NCBI GenBank assembly: GCA_017466375.1
Contig: JAFTUH010000044.1
Location: 13,972-77,971, forward strand
Length of the DNA: 64,000 bases
Origin: Clostridia bacterium
GTDB taxonomy: Bacteria > Bacillota > Clostridia > Oscillospirales > CAG-272
Direction of reading: 5' to 3'
Position numbers and translations under genes: made by a program. Under the pieces are notes generated by a model. That model had not been told where the DNA came from and ran no database searches. It saw only the letters and a program-made list of their open reading frames with translations. This document shows positions 10,015-17,841 of this stretch, in pieces (positions within the stretch are counted from its first letter, which is position 1; the number at the start of each line of letters is the position of its first letter).

Positions 10015-11736
10015 TCAGCTCCACTGCGGCATGTAGGTGGAAATGTCCATGCCGTCAATTTTAAGAATGCGGTGGTACTTCAAATCGTAGGATTCGGGAT
10101 CCAGTTTTTCACGTCCTGCCTTGCCGATCACGCGGAGAATCGGCTGATTGCCGCGGAAATGGCAATGATTGATGCAGGAGAAATTCTTCACACCGAGAGC
10201 TTTGAGGCGCTCGATCCAATTTATGTAGTGCTGGATCGTCGGATGATGGAGCGTCGTGATACCTGCAAAGAACTCAATACCGTACTTTTCGGAAATCGCA
10301 ACCAGCTTCTCTGCCCCTGCACAAGTTCCGTCCGTTTTTCCGCCGCGTGTCTGATCCCAATAGTCGGAAATATCGCGGTAAACGGTGAAGTACTCCTTGA
10401 CGCGCTCGGCATACTTATCGAGATCGATCAGTCCGTCCTCGGCGAGGTACTCCTCGACCTTCTCGTAGTGATCCATACTGTCCTGGCTGACGTGATCGAT
10501 CAGTCCTTCAGCGGCGAGTTTTTCGATATCGATACCGTTCTTCTTTGCCGTTTCAGGCGAGAATCCGATCATGACGTTGACCGGCACGGGACTGCCGTCG
10601 GGCATACGGATCTGCTCACGCAAACGGCGAACAAACTGTGTAAAGAACTCGCACCAGACGGAGGTAAGGCGCTCGTCCGCCATTGGCAGACGGCGAGCAT
10701 CCAGTCCGTCATAGCGGCGCGCAACCTCGTCCAGTACAGGCTGCTCAAAGCCAAGATGTACACCGCGGTGGCAAATGAGCGTGATACCGTCAAAGCCATG
10801 CTTCATGGACTTTTTAAGCAGATCCACCGTATGCTGCTGTACCTCGGGATACGCATAGGAGCAAACATTCACACGGCGTCCGTCACGGGTATAAATATGA
10901 TACTCGGGGTGAGTTGCGCAGAACGGCTCACGTCCGACACAGGATGCAATGGACGTACGCATACCTGCATACACCTTGATACCCCAGCCGTGGAGCATAT
11001 CGAGACGTCCTTTTTGCACCTCGGCGAGCTTCGGTGCGAGTTTGCGGTTCTCGTCATCGTAGAGGATCATCGTCCCGCCGAGACGCTTTGCATCCGCAGC
11101 GTGCGGACCGGTATCGTTATGGTCCAGCGTGACCTCCTGCGTACAGATCTTGACGTCATCGTGCTTGACCTGCATGAGGCGGTAGCGGGTATGCTCGATC
11201 TTCTCCGAGCCCTCACCGAGGTTGGAGTCGTTATCGTAATGGACGTGCAGATTTCTGTGTCCTTCAGGATTTATGTACTCCTTATATGCTGCGACCTCCT
11301 CATCCGTCATCGGGATGAAGCGGATCCACAGAAGCGCGACATCGTAGCTCTGCTTCGGATGCTTATCGAGGATAATATCCTCCCCCGTCATATCGGCGCA
11401 CTGCCAAAGCATCTCCTCCGCATACTCATACTGCTGCGTTTTGGCGATACGGTATGTATTTTGGCAGTTGCAGAAAAACGTATACGTCTCCTCGCTGCTG
11501 AGGCGGATGTAATCGCACCCATCCATGCGTCCGAGGTAAATCTTATGCCAGCCCTTTACGTTCGGGGACAGCACGATCGGCTCGGGGCGCGTGGGATAAT
11601 CGGCGTAGAGCATCGTGCCCTTGATCTCGCCGGTCTCGTACTCGACCGCAGTCCATTTATCGCGGTCCCCCGGCGCACTGAGAGCCTCTTTGTTTTTGAC
11701 AATCTCCGGAAGATTGGAAATAATAATTTCTTTCAT
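10015..11736 (-). CDS. Array paralogue 7
   Basis: 573 aa; HVHYDND, DGITLICHRG, QDSMD, NHCH. Confidence 0.85.
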   Translation of the reverse strand: MKEIIISNLPEIVKNKEALSAPGDRDKWTAVEYETGEIKGTMLYADYPTRPEPIVLSPNVKGWHKIYLGRMDGCDYIRLSSEETYTFFCNCQNTYRIAKTQQYEYAEEMLWQCADMTGEDIILDKHPKQSYDVALLWIRFIPMTDEEVAAYKEYINPEGHRNLHVHYDNDSNLGEGSEKIEHTRYRLMQVKHDDVKICTQEVTLDHNDTGPHAADAKRLGGTMILYDDENRKLAPKLAEVQKGRLDMLHGWGIKVYAGMRTSIASCVGREPFCATHPEYHIYTRDGRRVNVCSYAYPEVQQHTVDLLKKSMKHGFDGITLICHRGVHLGFEQPVLDEVARRYDGLDARRLPMADERLTSVWCEFFTQFVRRLREQIRMPDGSPVPVNVMIGFSPETAKKNGIDIEKLAAEGLIDHVSQDSMDHYEKVEEYLAEDGLIDLDKYAERVKEYFTVYRDISDYWDQTRGGKTDGTCAGAEKLVAISEKYGIEFFAGITTLHHPTIQHYINWIERLKALGVKNFSCINHCHFRGNQPILRVIGKAGREKLDPESYDLKYHRILKIDGMDISTYMPQWS

Positions 11737-11770
11737 GATGTTCTCTTTCTCTCTCTATATACTATACGGA

Positions 11771-13387
11771 TCAGCCTCTCCAGTTCGGCACGTAGGTGGA
11801 CATATCGGAATCGTTCAAAGACATCGTATGGTAGGCGGTAACCTCGCACAGCGTCGTATCGATCTCGTCATGTCCGAGCTTGGAAACAAGATGGCGGCGC
11901 GGGATATCGCCGACGCGGTCGCTGAAATTCATTGTGGAGAAGTTCGTGACGCCGAGCTCCTTGAGCGCATTCATCCACTCGATATACTGTGCGGCACGCG
12001 ATCTGACGGTGCACATGAATGCGTAGAAATCGATGCCGTGCTTCTCGGCAAGTGCGAGATAGGCGGGGATACCGGCTTTGATTTTATCAAGGCTTTCACC
12101 TGCGATACGGGACACGGGCGCCTTCGTCTTGAGCATTTCCTTGTACGCATCGAGATCGACCGTGCCGTCCTCCTTGAGGCAGCCGTCGAGCACTTCCGTA
12201 TACTCCATCAGGCCCTGGCATACGCTGTCGATTGCTTTATCGGCGGAAAGAGCTTCGACATCGATACCGACTCTCTTTGCCGTAGCCGGCTCGAAATCGG
12301 AAATGAGATTGATCGCGATGTGCTTGCCGGCAGCCTTATCAAGTTCGGCACCGAGGCGCTTCACAAACGCCGTCATGATCTCGCACCACACACCGTTCAG
12401 GCGGGCATCATCCGCAGTGAGCGTACGTGCATCAACACCGTATTTTGCGGAAACGGCATCCAGCACGGGCTGCTCAAACGCGATCAGCATGCCGCGGTTG
12501 ACGTAGAGAGAGACACCGTCAAATCCGCAGGCAACGGCGTCCTTGATCTGACCGATCATGAAATCCTGTACGGCGGGATATGCGTACGAAGCGATGGAGA
12601 GCGCACGTCCGTCACGGGTAGTAATAGCACACTCGGGATGTGCTTCGACAAATGCGTTTCCGGCATTCGGGGCGAAGAACATCTTTGCAGAGGCAAGGCT
12701 GAGCTTATAGCCGGCATACAGCTTCACGCCGTAGGACTGCACCATAGCGGTCTGCGCCTTGTACGCCGCAAACGCGTCCTTCTTTGCTGCCTCATCAAAG
12801 AACAGCGGAACGTCAAGCGTTGCGATATTGACATCCGTATTCTCAAGCGTACGGAGCGCGCGGGTGGTATCCGCTGCACTGCCGGCACCGAACTGTGCGT
12901 GGGTATTTTTCTTCGCCGGTGCATTGTATGCAAGGTATTCCTTGACCTCCTCGTCCGTCATCGGGATAAAGCGGAGCCAGCAAAGATCCGGTACACCGTT
13001 GCCGGGCGCCTTCTGCAGGGTGATCTCCTTATCGGTCATATCGGCGGCACACCAGAAAAACTCCGGGACAAACTCGTTCGCCTGCCACTGTGCGGGCACG
13101 GACATGGTCGGTGCAGCGAACTCGGTGAAATCTGCGGCCCCGGTCATCTTCAAATTGAACGAACCGCCCATCTTGACAAAGGCGACGAACACCTTGCACC
13201 AGCCCTTGACGTTCGGAGCAAGGATCAGATCTGCCGGATGATCGAAAAAGGAGGACACAAGCATATTGCCATGAATATCCTTCGCGGTGTACTCCATGTA
13301 CATCCACTTGTCTTTCTCCTGTACCTGCACCAGTTCATCGGTGTTTTTCACGATCTCGTTCAGATTGGAAATAAGGATCTGTTCCAT
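11771..13387 (-). CDS. Array paralogue 8 (divergent, motif-degenerate)
   Basis: 538 aa. Keeps the scaffold motifs (WLRFIPMTDEE, TRDGR, SYAYPAV, FEQPVLD) but lacks HxHxDxD and NxCH. Confidence 0.85.
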   Translation of the reverse strand: MEQILISNLNEIVKNTDELVQVQEKDKWMYMEYTAKDIHGNMLVSSFFDHPADLILAPNVKGWCKVFVAFVKMGGSFNLKMTGAADFTEFAAPTMSVPAQWQANEFVPEFFWCAADMTDKEITLQKAPGNGVPDLCWLRFIPMTDEEVKEYLAYNAPAKKNTHAQFGAGSAADTTRALRTLENTDVNIATLDVPLFFDEAAKKDAFAAYKAQTAMVQSYGVKLYAGYKLSLASAKMFFAPNAGNAFVEAHPECAITTRDGRALSIASYAYPAVQDFMIGQIKDAVACGFDGVSLYVNRGMLIAFEQPVLDAVSAKYGVDARTLTADDARLNGVWCEIMTAFVKRLGAELDKAAGKHIAINLISDFEPATAKRVGIDVEALSADKAIDSVCQGLMEYTEVLDGCLKEDGTVDLDAYKEMLKTKAPVSRIAGESLDKIKAGIPAYLALAEKHGIDFYAFMCTVRSRAAQYIEWMNALKELGVTNFSTMNFSDRVGDIPRRHLVSKLGHDEIDTTLCEVTAYHTMSLNDSDMSTYVPNWRG

Positions 13388-13462
13388 AATTACGGTCTCA
13401 CTTTCATTTGTTTGTAAATTTGATTTATCAAATTCCGCTTCGCTTACGGAATTGTATACGGT

Positions 13463-14413
13463 TCAATCTACGTGGGAGCGTCTCTCCCCCGCAAAATGGG
13501 CGCGGATATTCTCCGCAATTTCATCGAGGCATCTCTGCCGCGCCTCAAATGCACCCCACGCCATATGCGGTGTAAGGCACACGTTCGGCAGATCACGCAC
13601 GGTATACAGCGGATGCGTTTCGGAAAACGGCTCCTCTGTATACACGTCGATACCGATACCGCCGAGACGTCCCTCTCTCACGGCATCTGCAAGTGCGGCT
13701 TCATCCGCAACGGCACCGCGCGCGACGTTCACAAAAATCGCACCCGGTTTCATGGCGGCGATACGCTCCCGCGAGATGATCCCTCGCGTGTCATCTGTAA
13801 GCGGTGTATGTACGGAGAGGATATCCGCTTCACGGCAGAGCGTATCGACATCGACCGTCGGGTAGTCCGGATCGGGGGTGCGGCGGCACACGATCACGCG
13901 GCAGCCGAATGCCTCGGCAACCCGTGCGACCTGCCTGCCGATATTTCCCGCACCGAGGATGCCCCACGTCTTCCCTGCAATCTCGCCAAACGCAGGCGTG
14001 AGCCGATTGGCAACGCCGGATGCGCTGTAGGCGCCGCTTTTCACGAAATCGGTGAAAACGGGCAGGTGGAAGACAAGCTGAAGCACCATAGCGACGGTGA
14101 GCTGGGCAACGCTGTTCGTCGAATAGCCGACGACGTTACACACGGCGACACCCCGACTGCGGCAATACGCAAGATCGATATTGTCGTACCCGGTTGCCGC
14201 CACGCAGATGAGTTTCAGTGCATCTGCCTCTGCCAGATTGGTCTCATTCAGTTTTATTTTGTTTACGATCACGACGTTTGCGTCTCTGACGCGATCCGCG
14301 ACCTCATGCGGTGCAGTCAGGGGGTAAACGGTAAGATCACAAACAGCCCGGAGCGAGGAAAACGAGACATCGTCCCCGAGCGTCGCTCCGTCCAGAATGA
14401 CCGCGCGGATCAT
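13463..14413 (-). CDS. D-isomer-specific 2-hydroxyacid (glycerate-type) dehydrogenase
   Basis: ATGYDNID, GILGAGNIG Rossmann motif, NVARG, LTPHMAW. Start overlaps the hslO stop (ATGA). Confidence 0.9.
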   Translation of the reverse strand: MIRAVILDGATLGDDVSFSSLRAVCDLTVYPLTAPHEVADRVRDANVVIVNKIKLNETNLAEADALKLICVAATGYDNIDLAYCRSRGVAVCNVVGYSTNSVAQLTVAMVLQLVFHLPVFTDFVKSGAYSASGVANRLTPAFGEIAGKTWGILGAGNIGRQVARVAEAFGCRVIVCRRTPDPDYPTVDVDTLCREADILSVHTPLTDDTRGIISRERIAAMKPGAIFVNVARGAVADEAALADAVREGRLGGIGIDVYTEEPFSETHPLYTVRDLPNVCLTPHMAWGAFEARQRCLDEIAENIRAHFAGERRSHVD

Positions 14414-15297
14414 CCCTTCGCTCTCTTTCTCGCGGTGAGAATCTCCTCCGCGGTGAAGGTATACTTCGTTTTGCAGAAGCGGCATTCCGTCTCAACCGGT
14501 GCGCCGCCCTCCGTGATTTCCGCGATATCCGCGTCGCTCATACTGATGAGCGCTCGCTTATAGCGGTCACGCTCACAATTGCAAACGTACGCGATATCGA
14601 TCTCATCGAAGAAGTCGAACTCGATCCCCTCGAATACCATCCCGACGATATCAGCAGGTGTGTGCCCGACCTCGATCAGCTTGGAAACGGAGCCAAGGGA
14701 GGTGACGTTTTTCTCAATCGTCGGGATAAGCGACTCGTCCGCCCCGGGCAGAAGCTGGAGCAGAAATCCCCCCGCAGCCTTGCAGGAGTTATCGAGATCG
14801 GCTCTTACCCCGAGCGCACAGACCGTAGGCGTCTGCTCACTCGTGACGTAGTACTGCGAGATATCCTCAGCGATCTCACCGCTGACGAGCGGAGAGATGC
14901 CGACGTACGGCTCACCCGTACCGAAATCCCGGACAATACAAAGAGAACCGCCTCCCACGGCGCCACCGACATCCAATTTCCCGACAGAATTCGGGGGGAG
15001 TTCCACGGATGCATCCTGTGCATATCCGCGGACATTTCCCTTATAGTCACTTACGCAAAGGATCGTGCCGGCAGGTCCGTCTCCGCGAATCTGCAAAGAG
15101 AGGGAATCTGTCGCGTCTTTGAGAAGTGACCCCATCAAGGATGTTACGGTCAGACAGCGGCCGAGAGCTGCGGTCATTGTTTTTGAGGTCTTGTGAATCT
15201 GATGTGCTTTTTGTACGATTGCGGTGGTATCCGCACAGACAATTCGCACACTGCCGTCCCGCGTCATAGCGCGGACGAGCAAGGAATTGGCGTTCAT
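14410..15297 (-). CDS. hslO: Hsp33 redox-regulated chaperone
   Basis: GDGPAG, SGEIAED...SEQTPT, AAGGFLLQLLPG and the C-terminal CNC...CRFC zinc motif. Confidence 0.95.
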   Translation of the reverse strand: MNANSLLVRAMTRDGSVRIVCADTTAIVQKAHQIHKTSKTMTAALGRCLTVTSLMGSLLKDATDSLSLQIRGDGPAGTILCVSDYKGNVRGYAQDASVELPPNSVGKLDVGGAVGGGSLCIVRDFGTGEPYVGISPLVSGEIAEDISQYYVTSEQTPTVCALGVRADLDNSCKAAGGFLLQLLPGADESLIPTIEKNVTSLGSVSKLIEVGHTPADIVGMVFEGIEFDFFDEIDIAYVCNCERDRYKRALISMSDADIAEITEGGAPVETECRFCKTKYTFTAEEILTARKRAKG

Positions 15298-15377
15298 AGC
15301 TATATCTGCAACCTTTCAAAATCGCTTCGGATTCGTCCCGAAGTTACTTTTGCATACATAGTTCCGTACACACCGCT

Positions 15378-15406
15378 ATTATACCATTTGCCCCTGTTTT
15401 TGTCAA
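15378..15406 (-). promoter_or_regulatory. Consensus sigma-A promoter upstream of hslO
   Basis: TTGACA-N17-TATAAT with extended TG on the minus strand. Confidence 0.75.
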
Positions 15407-15567
15407 TAGAAACGGGCATTTATTTGCCCGAAAATGTGAACATTTTTTAACGATTTGCCGTGTCGCGCATAAAGAGGAAAATCCGCATGGATACTAACAC
15501 AGAAGAAATCAAGAAAGGATCATCGGACAGATCGAAACAACAATTCGACATGCCGATACATGATGAC

Positions 15568-16842
15568 ATGAAAACTCTCGTGAAAATCCTCACCGCTTCC
15601 CTTCTTCTCTCCTCCGTTCTTCTCACCTCCGTCCTCGCCGTTCCTCTCTCTCCGGCCCTTGAGCACATCGCCGCAGCCTCGGGCATGGTAAAAAGCGGCA
15701 ACAGCTACGCAGGCGTTCTCTTCACCGCGGCTGATTTTGAAAACGCGGCAGCTGTCACCGATTTTGACACACTCACGATCACCTCTCTCCCTGCCGCGGC
15801 GGACGGCACGCTGTACCTCGGCGCGGTTCCCGTTGCGGTGAATCAAAGCATCTCTCAAAAGAGTTTGGACAGTCTGAAATTTGTGCCCGCCGCCGGCACG
15901 GAAGAAGGCTCGTTCACATTCTCCTTCGGCCGCGGGTATACGATGGAGTGCGTGATGAAGATCACGGATGAGATCAATTTCGCGCCCGTAGCGGCATCGT
16001 ATGAGGAAACCGTCGCGGCATGGACGCAGAGAGACATCACCTGCGTGGGCTCTCTCGACGCCTACGATCCCGAGGGGGACGCACTCGTTTTTGAGATCGT
16101 CGATTATCCAAAAAAGGGACTGCTCGTAATGAATGATGCGACGCACGGTGACTTCCGCTACACGCCGTACGTTGGCTGTTCGGGCACGGACTTCTTCACC
16201 TATCGCGTTCGTGACAGCTACGGTAACTACTCCGGCATCGCCACGGCAAACGTATCGATCTCCCGTAAGAACCACGGCGTCGTCTTCTCCGATATGAGCG
16301 AGCACTGGGCACACAGCGCGGCGATCGAGATGTGCGCGGCAGGGATCATGGACTACGCGGCGAACGGCACAGACGCGGTATTCATGCCGGATAAGGCGGT
16401 CAGCCGCGAGGATTTCCTCGTGATGGTCATGCGCGCACTCGGTGCGGATCTGGATGACGAGGCGGGCGAGATCCACACCGTTTTCGCGGACGATGACGAG
16501 ATTTCCGCGGAAAACAAGGCTTACGTGAGCGCGGCATACAACGCAGGAATTATCAAGGGACGCGAGGAAAACGGCATCCGCACGTTCGCGCCCGATGACA
16601 CGATCACCCGTGCCGAAGCGGCGGTGATGATCAACAACATCCTCGGTGCGGAGGTACCGCTTCGTGTCTCGCTGTTCACGGACAATGATACCGTTCCCGC
16701 ATGGGCGCAGAGTGCGCTGTACGCACTGAACGATCTCGGTATCCTGAAAGGCACGGGCGCCGGCACAATCTCTCCGTACGCGACGATCAGCCGCGCACAG
16801 GCGGCACAGATCCTTCTGAATCTGACGCAGTACGTGGGATAA
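15568..16842 (+). CDS. Secreted S-layer-homology (SLH) protein with cadherin/Ig-like domain
   Basis: Signal-like MKTLVKILTASLLL; DPEGDAL...YTP...GTDFFTYRVRD Ig-like repeat; three SLH repeats (FSDMSEHWA, GIIKG..FAPDDTITRAEAA, ISRAQAA). Start codon uncertain. Confidence 0.8.
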   Translation: MKTLVKILTASLLLSSVLLTSVLAVPLSPALEHIAAASGMVKSGNSYAGVLFTAADFENAAAVTDFDTLTITSLPAAADGTLYLGAVPVAVNQSISQKSLDSLKFVPAAGTEEGSFTFSFGRGYTMECVMKITDEINFAPVAASYEETVAAWTQRDITCVGSLDAYDPEGDALVFEIVDYPKKGLLVMNDATHGDFRYTPYVGCSGTDFFTYRVRDSYGNYSGIATANVSISRKNHGVVFSDMSEHWAHSAAIEMCAAGIMDYAANGTDAVFMPDKAVSREDFLVMVMRALGADLDDEAGEIHTVFADDDEISAENKAYVSAAYNAGIIKGREENGIRTFAPDDTITRAEAAVMINNILGAEVPLRVSLFTDNDTVPAWAQSALYALNDLGILKGTGAGTISPYATISRAQAAQILLNLTQYVG

Positions 16843-16854
16843 AAAATAAAAAGC

Positions 16855-16883
16855 AAAGCGATGCGGCAAAACCGCATCGCTTT
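16855..16883. terminator. Bidirectional intrinsic terminator
   Basis: AAAGCGATGCGG-caaaa-CCGCATCGCTTT between convergent genes. Confidence 0.7.
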
Positions 16884-16887
16884 CGTT

Positions 16888-17673
16888 TTACACATATTCG
16901 CTCGGGCAGACACCTTTGAAATTTTTAAACGCCCGACTGAAATAGTACGTATTGGCATACCCCGTCTTCTGCGCGATCTGATGTATCCTGTACTGCTTCG
17001 TTTTCAAAAGATCGCATGCGTAGTCCATCTTTTTGGCAATGATGTAGCGATTCGGGGACATCCCGAAATGCCTGTGAAACAGCTTAATCATATACGTTTG
17101 ACTGATACCGCAGAGCGACGCAAGGTCGGCGCAATCCACATCCGTCTTGGTGAAGTGATCGTCAATGTAAGCGACAGCGGGCAAAATCTGCCGGTAGGTG
17201 TCGCTTGAAGTGTAGGTACTCTCCGCCTTCTGCATTTCGGCAAAAATCTCATACAGCAGAGACATACATCTGCAGTAGTATCCGCTGTGCTTATAATACC
17301 AGCATTTCTGCATTTTTTCAAACAGTGCCTTGAGTTTCGGGTGTATACTGTAGCGCTTCACAAGGATCTCCTTTGCAATCGGCACATCCGTTGTAAACGC
17401 GACGTTGATGCTCTCGCCGGGCTCTGTAATATCGGCGCTGTAATTCGTTTTAGCAGGCAAATCTGCAAAATTCGGCGTAAAACGGATATCGCCCACAGTT
17501 TCAATCACCGTTTTCGCCCCGACAGTAACGCACGCTTCCCCACTCAGCTTGTACAAAATCTGACAATAATGTACGTTGTCCGTTCCGTACTTTTCATACG
17601 TCACGCCCGGTCTGCTTATCAGATGATTGACGTAAATAATATCCGTTATCTTGATCTGTTCTCTGTTTATCAC
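16888..17673 (-). CDS. AraC-family regulator
   Basis: C-terminal double HTH (IAQKTGYANTYYFSRAFKNFKGVCPSEY); divergent from the GRE gene. Confidence 0.9.
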   Translation of the reverse strand: MINREQIKITDIIYVNHLISRPGVTYEKYGTDNVHYCQILYKLSGEACVTVGAKTVIETVGDIRFTPNFADLPAKTNYSADITEPGESINVAFTTDVPIAKEILVKRYSIHPKLKALFEKMQKCWYYKHSGYYCRCMSLLYEIFAEMQKAESTYTSSDTYRQILPAVAYIDDHFTKTDVDCADLASLCGISQTYMIKLFHRHFGMSPNRYIIAKKMDYACDLLKTKQYRIHQIAQKTGYANTYYFSRAFKNFKGVCPSEYV

Positions 17674-17841
17674 CGTTTTCCCTCCGTTCCCGTCTCACTT
17701 TATTTATAGCATAGATCTGTGCACAAATCAATAGTTGCCTCGATTTTTAGTTTAAAAAAGTGTAAAAATGAAAATTCTTTTATTTCATTTTCCCGACACA
17801 CGTGATATGATACGCGTATCAAAAGGCGAGGAGGCAAAAAC

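Noticed and set aside
1-13387. Diversity-generating retroelement or invertible shufflon as the cause of the paralogues
   Set aside because: No reverse transcriptase, recombinase, adenine-specific template/variable repeat pair or inverted sites. All copies are full genes with their own starts.
1136-13417. Five to six long (480-670 aa) plus-strand ORFs tiling the array
   Set aside because: They are antisense shadows in register with the real minus-strand genes, caused by codon bias. They have no RBS or motifs, and the same effect appears opposite nagA, ROK, BMP and the ABC genes.
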